A stretch of DNA of 64,000 nt, taken from assembly GCF_963506605.1 (NCBI RefSeq), contig NC_083282.1:9424001-9488000 (forward strand), written 5' to 3'. Positions 49,901 through 62,540 of the stretch are shown here, in pieces. Position numbers and translations under genes: made by a program. How positions within the stretch are numbered: position 1 is the stretch's first letter; every line of letters starts with the position of its first letter. The notes beneath the pieces were generated by a model, which was not told the DNA's origin, ran no database searches, and worked only from the letters and a program-made list of their open reading frames with translations. Source of the stretch: Zootoca vivipara (Eukaryota).

Positions 49901-52900
49901 GTGTGAAGCTGCTTCCTCCCTGGTGTGGTGAGGCACTGGGGTGAAACTGCCTCAGTGATTTCACCTCCACACCTAAGCAGTGTTGTGATGGGAAACAGTG
50001 TTTTGAACATTACGGTTGATGACCAGATCACAATGTTTGCCTGGCAATACAATGCAATGTTGAAAACCTGACATTGCCCAGCCCTAGTGTGAGGGACACC
50101 TCATGAAGGAAGTGCCCAATATTTCTCTCCTTCCATGTGAAATTGCTCGTTACTAATCACTACCTTGTCGTGGCGAAGGGGCTTGAATAACTCAGAAAAG
50201 CTATGAGCTATGCCATGCAGAGCTACCCAAGATGGACAGGTCATAGTGGAGAGTTTGGACTAAATGTGATCCACCTGGAGCAGGAACTGGCAAGCCACTC
50301 CAGTATCCCTGCCAAGAAAACTCCATGGACAAAAACAGCAGTGCAGTGGAAGACAGGAGTGCCTGTCGTGCTCTGGTCCATGGGGTCACGAAGAGTCGGA
50401 CACGACTAAACAACAACAACAACAAAATCTGAGTAAGGCAGTGTACCTCATTAGAATAGTAAATTACACTCTATGGCAGATCTATTAGTAAATACCCTAT
50501 TTCAGGTTTTGACAATTCATTTTTTGTTGCTTAGTCGTGTCCGACTCTTCGTGACCCCATGGACCAGAGCACGACAGACACTCCTGTCTACCACTGCCTC
50601 CCGCAGTTTGGTCAAACTCATGTTCGTAGCTTTGAGAACACTGTCCAACCATCTCATCCTCTATTGTCCCCTTCTCCTTGTGCCCTCAATCTTTCCCAAC
50701 ATCAGGGTCTTTTCCAGCGAGTCTCCACTTCTCATGAGGTGGCCAAAGTATTGGAGCCTCAGCTTCAGGGTCTGTCCTTCCAGTGAGCACTCAGGGCTGA
50801 TTTCCTTAAGAATGGATAGGTTTGATCTTCTTGCAGTCCATAGGACTCTCAAGAGTCTCCTCCAGCACCATAATTCAAAAGCATCAATTCTTCAGCAATC
50901 AGCCTTCTTTATGGTCCAGCTCTCACTTCCATACATCACTACTGGGAAAACCATAGCTTTAACTATACAGACCTTTGTAGGCAAGGTGATGTCTCTGCTT
51001 TTTAAGATGCTGTCTAGGTTTGTCATTGCTTTCCTTCCAAGAAGCAGGCGTCTTTTAATTTCGTGACTGCTGTCACCATCTGCAGTGATCATGGAGCCCA
51101 AGAAAGTAAAACGTCTCACTGCCTCCATTTCTTTCCCTTCTTCATAATGATGGTCTATTTTTAAAAGTTTGTTGAACGTTAACTAAAATCCTCCCCCCCC
51201 CCATTGTAATGCACTGAACTAATTTAATGTGTTGAGACTGCATGCTAAACATATTTGTAGTCTTTGGAATTTTCATTTTGCATTTATATAGTGCTTTGCA
51301 GTGTTTACACATAAACTACGACAGTCATTCTTACAATAACCTTTTAAGGTTTGTATTTTTAAATCACTGATGTTTTTGGGTGGTTGAGGCAGAGAAATAT
51401 GGACTAGACTCAGACCACAAGTACATTTGCGGCTGAGATAAGATTCGAAACGAACTTTGCCGCCACTATATTATGGAGGGAGAGTGAGGAACAGGAATTC
51501 GGAGGCAGCTGGGAAACCTCAGATGTACAGCCCTACAGAGACTCCTTTCTAGCTCCAGAAACCTACATCAGCAGTTTGCTTTTGTCGACAGATGGCTGCC
51601 AGAAGGCATCCTTACCATTTTGCTTTGAGGACTCCAACATAGTATATTTTGATTCCAGTAAAGCCTTTGACAAGGTTCCTCATAATATTCTTTTTGGCAA
51701 GCTGCTAATATGTGGGCTAGATAATACTATTGTTAGCTGGATTTGTAGCTGGTTGGTCGATCATACCAAAAAAAGTGCCAGGCAACAGTTCCTCATCAAC
51801 CTGGCCCAGGAGTGACTTGTGGGAACTACATGCATAGCTGTCAAGATTTCCCTTTTTTTAAAAGGGAAATTCCCTTATGCTGAATAGGCTTCCTCACGAG
51901 AAAAGGGAAAACTTGACAGCTATGTACATGGCTCATCTTCTTTGTAAATGATTTGGACAAAGGAATAAACCATCATATTTTTTGCAGATGGCATCAAGCT
52001 GGGTGGGTTAGCTAGTGAATTAGAAGACAGGAACTGAATCCAATATGGTCTTGACGGGGTGGAGAACTGGGCCAAACAAAATTAATTCTCTCAGAGATAT
52101 GTAAACTTTTAGGCTGAAAGAATCTGATGCACAACTAGCTCAACAACAATATATGTGAAAGAAGTATGTTAAGGTTTCAGTAGAACGCAGACTAAACAGC
52201 TCCGCGATGCAGTGAAAGAAGGCTAATGCACTTCTCAGCTGCATCCACAGAAGTGCAGTCTCCAGATCACAAGGAGCCAAATTGTTCTGTTGGGCTTGGT
52301 CAGACCTTCCTTGGAGTACTTTTTCCATTTCTGAGAACCACAGTTTAAGAACATGGGCAAATACCCAGTGGAGGGTGGCAGATGGTGCGTGGAATGAAGT
52401 CCAAGTGCTAGGAGAAAAGGATGAAGGAGTTGAGCAGTTTTGACATGTGTGGCTCCAGACAGCAAGGCCCAAAAGCAGCAGCTTCCAATTACAAAACGGG
52501 ATTTCATTTAAACAGTAGGATGAACTTCCTTCGCGTATCAGTTGTTTGACAGCGGAATAGACTTCCTTGGAAACAGCTAGGCCCTGTTTTGTTAGCCATT
52601 TTTAAGCAGAGGGCAGGGTGGCCGCCTCCTGGGGATGCTGTAGAAGTAGATTTCCTGCATTTGCAGGACTGGGTGGCCTTAGAAGCCCCTTCCAGCTTTC
52701 TTCTTATTTGCCTTGGAATGCAACTTTACTTTCAGCAAAGCTAGGACTCTCACTGACTTTGGTTTTTGCTTTGAGAAGATTCCCCAAGAGCTGCTCCTCC
52801 AACTTTCCCCCATTCCATGCCGTGTTGCAGCTGATCATTTGACAGTGAGATAAGGCATTTCATTGTTAGTTGTATATATTGAATCTGTATTGTTCAGCTA

Positions 52901-55900
52901 GATATGTGAAGTCCCGGGGAGGAAAAAAAATGGTAGGTTTCTCCCCCTGCCCCCCCAAAGACTTCTTTCCATTTTTTCCAACAGCAAAGGAAATTTTGGA
53001 GGACACTGAAAAGGACACTCCTGTGAAATATTATGTTCCCTTTGGAACAGGAAATGCTTTCGGAAACATTCAAAATGTCTAGTGTGGAATTTTTTATGCA
53101 AGGCAGTTTTCAGCATGAGATAATGATAATTCTTGTGCGTTCTGTGGATCAGGGCTGGCTAACCTTTCTGGCCCAGGTGCCAACCTTCTGAGGCTGCATC
53201 CCAGCAGTGGGTATCGCTGGCATACACAAATGCACTTGCTGACACAGGGATGCAGCTACCATGCAGACCAGGCAAGGTGGGGGTGAGTTCTCCCCACTCC
53301 TCAAACACCTGGGGAGGGTGTGATTTGCGTCCCCCTGCCTGCTCTACTGCTATGTCTTCTTTTTTCCCTTTCTGCTGCAGCTGTGGACATCAGTGGGGGC
53401 TTGAGGGACCTCTGGTTGTCGACTGTGAAAACAGGACGTTGGGCTAGATTGGCCATTGGCACGTTGGCTCTTCTCACCTTCCTCTACATCTGCATTAGGC
53501 GGATGTGATCTACCACCACCCACAATATATGTGAAGAACTCTAAAGTGCCACATAAATGCAAAGCATTATTGATATTGATGGGAAGTTTTTTTTTTCCCC
53601 AAATCTGGCTTCAAAACCTTGGTGGTTGGTGTGCAGAATTTGGATTGATCTGTTACATAATCCTATCTGATCTGTGCTGAGTGGCTGTGTTACTTTCAGT
53701 CTCATAGCAATAGTGAAAAAGTTCCCCCCCCTTTTTTTTTGTTCAGTTGTTGCAGTTCGTTGAATCTGATAGCTCTCGACTCGAAGCCTTTCTCAAGTGG
53801 AAGCTCCTGGAACCAGTTTACTGGCATTGGATGGTATGATTAAATACTTGAGGGACAAGTTACGTATTTTGTGTATTGTTTTTCTGGGGGTGGGGGAAAT
53901 GTTACACAGGTATATTTTCTGGGCCTTTTGCTCCAGAGTGCCTGCTTAAAAGGTGGAGAAGATTATCATTATGAATTTAAATAAACCTCATTAAAAGCTA
54001 TTAAAAATGTACAATGCTTGCTCTAGATCAGGCATGTCCAACCAGTAGATCGCTATCTACCGGTAGATCCCTGGCTGATCCTGGTAGGTTGCGGGACCCT
54101 TATTGATCATGGGATTAAATAAAGTTTACCAAAAGTTAACAAATAAAAGCTGAAGAATTCTGGGCAATCCTAACCCAAAAAGTTCAACAACTCTGGGCAA
54201 TCCACCCATGACAATCCAATGACAATGGGTAGATCACTGCCATTTTTTTTTTAATACTGGGAGTAGATCGCAGTCTCTTGGGAGTTGGATGTGCCTGCTC
54301 TAGCTCTAAGACAGTATTTGTGGTGGGTGCTTGTGTTGAGGCCGATGGCAGTGAATGGGCTGCCCTCTTTGCTGATGAGAATGTCAAAGCAGTAATGTAA
54401 ACTTGGTTCTTGTAAGCCTTGCCCCACTCCAAAACATTCTCTGGCTCCTTCGGCACCATGCCTGCTCTCCTTCCCTGCTATGATAAACGTAACTCTCGAA
54501 TTAGGAGATCTTGCTTCAAACCACATGTATTCCATCTTTTTTGTGTATTTACCAGTACCAGTAAAAGAGAGCTTCCTAAGAACTCCCTGTGCTGCTTAAT
54601 TTTATCTCAATTGCAATGCTGGACTTTGGCTGACAGGAGCGAAGCGCCATGCCATACATCTGCAGTAATTGTAAATGAAAGAAATGTCTGTTCTTCTCCT
54701 TTTGTACTTTTAAAAATATGACAGTATAAACGTTGCTGTAAACAAAATGCCTTCATTACAAACTGCAGAGCACTAAATTTTGTGAGACACCAGAATTGCA
54801 GTCAGGTAGCATTGTGGAATTGCAAATTTCCCTGGACAGTGTTGAATGATTTTAAGAATCAATAAAATCCTCTTTACAGCTGATGAAGGCTTCAAGAGCA
54901 AATACATATAATAACCATTCAGCACATTTACAGCTGTGGAAAATATTCCTTAAAGACAATGAGTTGACAGAATGAGTATTTGGATTCTGTTCCCATGTAG
55001 CAAAGAGGTTAGGAATCTTTCTGTAAAGTAGTTCAAAACCCACAAATGCATTTGCACTGACTTGCATAGGAGCCGCTGATAACACTTTTAACATACCGAC
55101 TTGAGCACTGGTGAAATCGCGCAAGGTTTTGTGATATACAGATGCAACAACAGCAAATAGCTTTTAGGCTAAGGTTACTACCTGGATTTGGAAAGCGTTT
55201 TGAAGTCTTAAAGAGGGTGGTTTGTTTTGTTTTGTTTTTTAAAGGGACTAGCTCGACATAGAAGCAAGCACCCAGTTTCTAGATTCCAGACCTGGAACTC
55301 TTCCAGCTCTGCTTGAATCTTTTAAATATTTGCAGTATATTGGGTAGATAATTTCTATAGCAAGCAGCTGTTTTTTGCAATATAATCCCTTAATGCAGAA
55401 ATGGTGTAGTATTCTAAGGTTTTTATCCCTCTTTTTAAATTTAGCAAGGTTAGTAATTTTAATTTTGGGCAATTCTTTTTAAAGTGATGTGTCTGTGTTT
55501 CCTTCCAAGCCATCAACAAAAGGATCAAAAGGTGGTGTGGTTTTAGTTATTGGGGCAGAGATTTAAGAAGTCTTGCAAAGTCTCTCCCGACACTCACAGT
55601 TTTTTGCTCTTATGGGGTACCAGTTTCCATTTGCAAGTGCCTAAACAAATCCTCTTGCTGGGAATAAGCAACTTTTCTGTATTTTCTGAGAATAGAATAT
55701 GTTGCTTGAGAACTGAACTGCATACTGTTTCACAAACAGGTTGCTTGTTTATCTGTTGTACCAATCTCTAGACAAATGTGGCATAAGTTCCTCATTAAGA
55801 AAAATTAATGCAACTTTGGAATTCCCCTCCCCCTACCTTCCAGGAGACCCTTTTCAGTCCTGAAACAGAAGATGCAAAACCCCACGACATGTTTAACAAG

Positions 55901-56703
55901 GACACTATTTTGCCAAGTGCTGATCTGTATTGTTATGGCATTAAGAGAACAATTCAAGAACTGGACAAATACAGGAAAGATCTGTTGACTCTATATGATG
56001 GGCTGGGTGAGCTTATAGCCTATAGGAAACTGAGCTGCTGTGGAACGGTAAGGGTTGATTTGGGGGCCTGTTAGAAATCTAGACTGATTGATTTCATAAA
56101 ACTAGACTGATTGATTTCAGAACTCTGTATTTATGTTTTTGGCCTGTTAATAGAAATCGTAACAAGATGCCTGGGGTCCTGTTTATAAAGACAAGAAGGG
56201 TTGCATTGAGCTCTGTTAATTAAGACTGACAAAATAAAACTCTGTTCTCTCATTGCTCTTTTAGAGCGCATATTATCAGCTGAGTTGTCCTTTCCTCTTC
56301 GCAGGCCCGAGCAAGAGAGCAGGAGCAGCTAGGAGAGAGCGAGTTTTGCGCGGCTGTTAAAAAAGCACAAGACATCGTCGAGCTGAAGCTGTCTGATCTG
56401 AAATGCCACAGTAGTGGCAATAGAATCGGCGCGATGCATGGACCATACAGACTTGTATTTAAAGGCAAGTGTTTAAAAACAACCAAAACGGTCAGGTCAA
56501 CGAAACCCCAGAAATCCATCACAGAAGGTGCAACAGCAACAGATGTGATCAGGGATCTGAGAAAAAAAGAAGCAAGGCTGAAGGCAGAGCTGAAGCGGAG
56601 ACAAGAAGAAGGCAGGCAGAAGATTTATGAAGCTGCCCAGGGACTTGGCCAGGTGCTTTGCATCCCACCAATGAAAAGACCGCAAACCAGAGATGCCGAC
56701 TGA
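37278..56703 (+). CDS. TEDC1: Tubulin epsilon and delta complex protein 1. Coding exons 37278-37403, 39069-39147, 39749-39951, 42592-42759, 43321-43419, 53747-53833, 55844-56047, 56305-56703; 454 aa
   Basis: PEAFRLAKLGRPHA/TVVFWKLL, GYRRPEFYQLPPDGSEGSRELLLVFSWLL, DVRYLQWLNGRLQFQWR...QQEQCKLLNK/VHSYT...HFSITEA, RLEAFLKW...VYWHWM, HGPYRLV and VIRDLRKKEARL...IPP match recalled human TEDC1/C14orf80 blocks. All junctions GT-AG and in frame. Confidence 0.93.
37930..37984. repeat. (TG)n(TA)n microsatellite
   Basis: Read directly. Confidence 0.95.
38260..38460. mobile_element. hAT-like MITE
   Basis: TIR CAGAGCTTTCCAAACT / AGTTTGGGAAGCTCTG, TSD TTCTATAG/TTCTAGAG. Confidence 0.8.
42827..43011. mobile_element. 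Penelope-type inverted-repeat insertion with a degenerate hammerhead
   Basis: Arms about 42863-42927 and 42953-43020 are inverted; 13-bp direct flank CTAGTTTTGGGTT. Confidence 0.75.
43849..44067. mobile_element. hAT-Charlie (MER1-like) MITE
   Basis: TIR CAGTG(C/G)TC..CAACC, 8-bp TSD CTCTATAG. Confidence 0.85.
44226..45285. mobile_element. Tc1/mariner (Tigger-like) non-autonomous element, about 1.06 kb, with GC-rich interior
   Basis: TA TSD and TIR CCGTGTTTCTCCTAAAATAAGAC; relatives at 61515-61696 and 61991-62231. Confidence 0.85.
45967..46302 (-). mobile_element. Sauria SINE
   Basis: Homologous to 29124-29487. Confidence 0.85.
50155..50425 (+). mobile_element. Bipartite BovB-derived short element (5' UTR joined to 3' tail)
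   Basis: Recalled BovB 5'-UTR-like block (ccttgtcgtggcgaaggggcttg...ccactccagtatccctgccaagaaaactccatggac) joined to the BovB 3' end and (CAA)n tail. Confidence 0.7.
50525..51142 (-). mobile_element. BovB 3' fragment
   Basis: Reverse-strand homolog of 34980-35600 with stops. Confidence 0.9.
51620..52720 (+). mobile_element. Old, degraded CR1 LINE with a tiny MITE inserted at 51833-51924
   Basis: YFDSSKAFDKVPH RT remnant; the MITE has TIRs CATAGCTGTCAAG and flanking TACATG. Confidence 0.65.
54029..54297. mobile_element. hAT-Charlie-like MITE
   Basis: TIR CAGGCA(T/C)(G/A)TCCAAC, TSD CTCTAGAT/CTCTAGCT. Confidence 0.75.
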
Positions 56704-56875
56704 AGGTAGAAGTTGGTGCTGTTCATTAGCTTTGAAGGGAGAGTCTTGGGCCTTCCATGAGACTGTTGTCTGTGCCTGCTCCTATCTTCTAGGAGCAACT
56801 ATCTTGTTTACTTGATTACTGTGATCTTTCTTGCATCTTGGATTTTACTGTAGAATGAATGTGTGTCTGTGTGAG

Positions 56876-56881
56876 AATAAA
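56876..56881 (+). terminator. Putative polyadenylation signal of TEDC1
   Basis: First AATAAA after the stop at 56703. Confidence 0.45.
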
Positions 56882-56894
56882 ATTAATATTACCT

Positions 56895-57240
56895 TTTTAA
56901 AAATGTATCTATATTTGGTTTTTCAAATTACAGTTTTACAATCACATACCCAACATAGAAACAAGATTCCAAAGAATATCCTGGACTTCCCTCATCCCCT
57001 TTGTGGATCTTATTGTTAGTCATTTCCTCCTACATCTTTTGTAATAATCCAAATATTTTGCAGCCCAATTATATCCCAAATTCACCATTAAACTACAAGT
57101 GTTATTCCAATCCTACTAACAGTTTTAACTGCTCACAATGGTTTTATAAATTTTCCCCATTCTTTATTTAAATTTTTATCTTCCTGATTTCTGATTCCTC
57201 TGGTCATTTTTGCCATTTCGGCATAATCCATCAACTTAAT
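56895..57240 (-). mobile_element. L1-like 3' fragment
   Basis: Reverse homolog of the [13 protein letters not shown] region. Confidence 0.6.
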
Positions 57241-57623
57241 CTTAAGAAGAAAATTAATATTACATTTAATTAACTACTTAATTGATATAATGACAGAATT
57301 AATGTTAGCGGCCGTCTGCAGGCAGGAATTACAAGTCTCCCTCCCCAATCCCTTTCTCGTGTGTGTATCTGTCAGTCAGTGCTCAGTTTCAGTGGAGATA
57401 AAACAGTCCTCAACTAGGCAGAGGGCACTAAATTGCCATGCTAAATATACAGACAAGATGTGTTTGATTCTTTTTTAAAAGGGGGGGTATACCATAAGCA
57501 GCTTTGCTTAAACCAAGGTAAAGCACCCTTTGTGAAATCTGTTTAAAGGGTGTTACAAAATACATCTTTCTCATCCCTGCAGTAGACAAAAGCTGGGCTT
57601 TCTTTCAGCTGTATCCTCTAGAC

Positions 57624-57759
57624 CAGTGTTTCCCAACCTTGTGCCTCCAGCTGTTTTCGGACTACAATTCGCATCATTCCTGACCACTGGTCTTGCTAGC
57701 TAGGGATGATGGGAGTTGTAGTCCAAAAACATCTGGAGGCACAAGGTTGGGAAACACTG
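57624..57759. mobile_element. hAT-Charlie-like hairpin MITE
   Basis: TIR CAGTGTTTCCCAACCTTGTGCCTCCAG, 8-bp TSD CTCTAGAC; interior shared with 30176-30311. Confidence 0.9.
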
Positions 57760-58342
57760 CTCTAGACCACAGTGGCACCTAAGAAACAGCATCACTGAAG
57801 CCCTTTGGAAGGGGCTGCCCATGAAGATGGGAAGTACTGTCTCCACAACAATGAGCATGGCCGTGATCCATTGGTTTCAGTGGATCTATTCTGAGTATGA
57901 CTTGGTTGGATGCCATCCGTTGCTTTTAAGTTCAAGAAGAAGAAGAAGACCTTTATCCAACTGTGGAAGTGGCATGTCAGCCAGCAGAGTGTGATAATGT
58001 TTAACATCATATAAATAGGCTGTTTTATTTGCATTGGTTCTGTGGGTGTCCTCAAGATAGCACTTTCATTGCAATAGCACTGAATGTTGGGGAAATGTAG
58101 GCTGATATTTTTTCCTACTGGGAAGATGGAATTCATTCTCTTAGTAGTGCATCCAGTGTTGTGAATGCTCTGCAAAACGTCCACACCGTTCTGTGCACAC
58201 ACACACACACCTATACGCACCAGTAATGAGCTATTATGCTACTGTTTGTAGACTGGAGCAGTTGTAAATATAACATTAAAATGAAAGCTGCTTTTTTAAA
58301 AAAAGCTTTAAATGCCTTAGAAGTGAACAAATATAACAGATA

Positions 58343-58581
58343 CAGTGGTACCTTGGTTCTCAAACTTGAATCTGTTGCAGAAGTCCCTTTGACTCCTGAA
58401 ACGTTCAAAAACCAAGGTGCGGCTTCCGATTGGCTCCAGTGCCCTGGAAACAATAGCTGACCGCCGCATCAGACGTTCAGCTTCCGAAAAACATTCTAAA
58501 ACCAGAACACTTCCGGGTTTTTTGGTGTTCAGGAGCCGATTTGTTTGTCCATTAAGCCATTAGTGAACCAAGGTTCCACTG
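58343..58581. mobile_element. Tc1/mariner (Tigger-like) MITE
   Basis: TA|CAGTGG(T/A)ACCTTGGTT...AACCAAGGTTCCACTG|TA. Confidence 0.85.
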
Positions 58582-58940
58582 TACTTGTATTTGCAAAATG
58601 TGTTGCTTCAATATCCTGACTGTTAAATGTGGAATCATGAATGCCACACCAGAAAGCACCAGCCTCGTGGGATAAGGGTAAACATCTTAAGCACTCCAGG
58701 ATCATCCATAAGATTGCACAAATCATGCTTGGTTCGCTTTGTACCAAGAACCAAGCATATGGTTCTGTTTTATCCTTGCAGCTCACAATAAGAATGAGGA
58801 GAAACAATGTCTACATCTGGACTCGGCAAAATTTATGGGACAAACTTTTGTCATCAGCATTCAGGGGCCTGCTGAGTGATCACTGAATCTCTAGTGTCTG
58901 CAATGAGACTGCCACCTCCATTTCTGGAAGAAATGTAAAA

Positions 58941-59284
58941 GGGTAAAGGGACCCCTGACCATTAGGTCCAGTCGCGGACAACTCTGGGGTTGCGGCGCTC
59001 ATCTCGCTTTACTGGCCGAGGGAGCAGGCGTACAGCTTCCGGGTCATGTGGCCAGCATGACTAAGCCGCTTCTGGCGAACCAGAGCACCGCACGGAAAAG
59101 CCGTTTACCTTCCCGCCAGAGCAGTACTTATTTATCTACTTGCACTTCGTGCTTTCAAACTGCTAGGTTGGCAGGAGCAGGGACCGAGCAACGGGAGCTC
59201 ACACCGTTGGGGGGATTCAAACTGCCAACCTTCTGATCGGCAAGCCCTAGGGTCTGTTTAACCCACAGCGCCACCCGTGTCCCT
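58941..59284 (-). mobile_element. Sauria SINE
   Basis: Homologous to 29124-29487. Confidence 0.85.
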
Positions 59285-59628
59285 TTATGCAATGTATGTG
59301 ATATAAATAGCCCACAAAAAGCCTAATTTGTTTGAGTGGTGCTGTCTTGCCCTTCTAAGGACTTCTGAACTTTCACCTGTATGGGAATTCCCCATCTCCT
59401 GGCACTGGTGAAATGGAGGAGCTCCACCAACTGCCTCCCTTGGTTGAAGCTAGCATAATTATTTGATTGTTTTAATGTTCTTATAGCCTACCTTTTAGAA
59501 TAAAAATCCTCAAGGTAGCTTACAAAACCAGCAATAAATGCAAATAGATGTATAAAAATAAGATGCTAAATTCAAAATGGTGGGTGGAATAATACATATT
59601 TTGGAATCTGATGCCTTCCACCCTAGTG

Positions 59629-59661
<33 letters not shown>

Positions 59662-61016
59662 AGGGGGGGAAGAAATCTGAGGCTTTCTGTCTAAAAGGTG
59701 CATTAAGGGGCAAGCTGCATGCTTAACAACTGTTCACTCGCAAAAAGCAGTTCAGGGGGGTCTTCTGTGTAGATTGGAACTGTGGTGTGAGGAGAAGGGG
59801 TGGGGCGAGTAACCTTTCCTTCCTGAGCTGTATTCCTCCTCCCAAAAAGCACACTGCTATTAGCATCCGAAGAAGCTGTATCCAGCAAATACCGGTAGCA
59901 CCTTAGAGGCAAATTATGATGACAGGATGATTTCCTGTGGGAAAATAGCAGAGATGAAATAGTTAAATCTGCCTTTCCCTGTGCAGGGAGGGATACTCTC
60001 CCTCCTGCTCCCAGACATACATTTATCCAATTTATGCCATCCCTTTTAAAGTTGCTTTCCAAGGCAAAAAAAAGTGGGAGACACCTCTTCTTCTTCTTCT
60101 TCTTCCTCCTCCTCCTCCTCCTCTTCTTCTTGGTACTGTCAGTCTCCTCAACACACAGGTTCCGCCCTGTGGAATGCCCGCCCATCAGATGTCAAACAGA
60201 TAAAACAACCATCAGACTTTTCAAAGACATCTGGAGGCAGCCCTGTTCAGGGAAGTTTTCAATGGCTGATGTTTTAGTGTGTTTTTAATATTCTGTCGGG
60301 AGCCACCTTGAGAGGCTGGGGCAGCCCAGTCAGATGGATGGCATATAAATAATAAAATTATTGTGGTTGCTGTTACAGGCAAAGTAAAGTCATATCTCTG
60401 CCGTTTGGCATTTTAAACATTTAAACAACTCAGCTCCCGGAAGTATGCCTCCAAAATAACGCCACCACCTAAGTAGTGTACAACTGCTGGTATTGGGGGC
60501 AGAGGGAGAACTTTATGTTCCAATGGCATCCCGGTTTTTACTTTAAAGAGTAATGCACCCACTTACGTTTGACAGTTCCCTGGCAAGCAATCAGCAGCGG
60601 CATATGAACCTAGCCACCCTCAGCTTGGCAATTGGACCATGGTGAGTTACAGTCTTTGGTTTCCTTCCTTGAAACTTCCAGGGGGTGACTTGTAGCTCTT
60701 CCTACATTTCCCCCCCCAAAAAGCCACTACCAGCTGCAGAACCAAACTATAAGGTCAAACTATGCAGAGGTCAGCACTGGAGCTTGCAGTTAGGAGCCAG
60801 CATAGAAATAACAAGCAGCTCAGCAGGGAGGAAGAACATCCTATATTTAGGCTCAGCGTTTTGTTTTCAAAAAATTTGGCTAGAACAGAACTCCTGCTGC
60901 CTTTTCTATCATGGCACTCAAGGGGCAGCCTTGCCCCAACCTGCTGACCATTTGATGTTTTAGACTGCATGTACTGACTGGGGCCGATAGGTGTTGTAGT
61001 CCTAACCATCCCTAAT

Positions 61017-61385
61017 GGGATGCGGGTGGCGCTGTGGTCTAAGCCACTGAGCCTCTTGGGCTTGCCAATCAGAAGGTTGGCAGTTCGAATCCCCACAACG
61101 GGGTGAGCTCCCCGTCCCAGCTCCTGCCAACCTAGCAGTTCGAAAGCACACCAGCGCAAGTAGATCAATAAGTACCGCTGTGGCGGGAATGTAAATAGCA
61201 TTTCTGTGCACTCTAGTTTCCGTCACGGTGTCCCGTTGCGCCAGAAGCGGTTTAGTCATGCTGGCCCCACGACCCAGAAAGCTGTCTGTGGACAAATGCT
61301 GGCTCCTTCGGCCTGGAAGAGGGGTGAGTGCCACACCCCATAGTTGCCTTTGACTGGACTTAACCATCTAGGGGTACCTTTGCCT
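61017..61385 (+). mobile_element. Sauria SINE (second subfamily)
   Basis: gggatgcgggtggcgctgtggtctaagccactgagc head, homologous to 14955-15160. Confidence 0.8.
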
Positions 61386-61865
61386 TTTGGTCCTAAGCAG
61401 GATGCCTAGTTAGGGAAGTTCCCCAAGAAGAAAGCAATTCGTTACCAGGCAGAACAGGTAACAACAAGGCAAGACTTGGAACAACCCTGCCTGCTGATTC
61501 TTGCCCCAGAGGTGCCGTGTTTCTCCAAAAATAAGACACCGTCTTATATTTATTTTTCCACAAAAAAAACCACGGTGGCTTATTTTCAGGGGATGTCTTA
61601 TTTTTTAATTAAGTATGGTACAGTTTAACCTGCAAGGTTAAACTGCCTATCACTATGGCTTATTTTGGGGGTATGGCTTATTTTCGGAGAAACATAGTAC
61701 ATGTGGAGCCTCAGATCTGAACTTCATGGGGGACAACCTCCATCCCAGTATGGGCTTCTTGATTTGTGTTTATGAAACGCTCCTCACTGAAAATCAATCT
61801 GCTTAATTTCTTTCCTTCTTTCTTTTTTCCCCTTGCAACTCTCTCTGACCACTGAAATACCTCCT

Positions 61866-62540
61866 TCTGCTTTTGCGATCACTCGTAGCCAAGTAAGATA
61901 GTCTTCCATGAACACGGTTTTAACAGTGAGTCCATAAGTGATTGTGGAGGCCAATTCTGGATCCACACGTCCTTCCCCAGTGGAGACATACCGTGTTTCT
62001 CATATTATAAGACATGTCTTATATTTATTTTTTCCTCAAAAAAACACACTATGGCTTATTTTCAGGGGATGTCTTATATTTTTCCTCCTCCTCCTCCTCC
62101 TGCCATGGCCGGTATTGCTGCTGTGCCTATCACTATGTCTTATTTTCGGGGTATGGCTTATATTCCTTGAATGCTTAAAAATCCTGCTATGGCTTATTTT
62201 ATGGGTATGTCTTAAAATATGAGAAACAGGGTAGGTTTCCGGGCGGGAGTTGATCACAGTGAGGGTTTGCCAAGCGTGCCTTCCTCTTAGCACGTTTCTC
62301 CCTTTCGTCCTGAGTTCGAGCGTCTTCCAAGCCCATGACACCTTTGCTAAAGGCTGTTCTCCTATTGGAGCGCTCGCAGGCCAGTGTTTCCCAGTTGCCG
62401 GTGCTTCTACTACATTTTTTTTAGATTTGCCCCGAGAGAGTCTTTCAACCTCTTTTGTTGACCACCAGCATTGCGCTTTCCATTTTAAAGTTCGGAATGG
62501 AGTAGTTGCTTTGCAAGACTATAATCAGGCATCCACACAA
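61866..62540 (-). mobile_element. RTE LINE 3' fragment with a nested Tc1/mariner MITE (61991-62231)
   Basis: Reverse homolog of 1390-1828, split at a duplicated TA by a CCGTGTTTCTC-TIR element. Confidence 0.8.

Noticed and set aside
46815-49940. Possible nested antisense gene in TEDC1 intron 5
   Set aside because: Short ORFs and one good donor (about 47175), but no recognisable product or consistent exon chain.
52985-53082. Possible extra TEDC1 exon (KEILEDTEKDTP...)
   Set aside because: Has an acceptor-like site but runs into a stop at 53080 and lacks TEDC1 similarity; exon 5 joins 53747 in frame.
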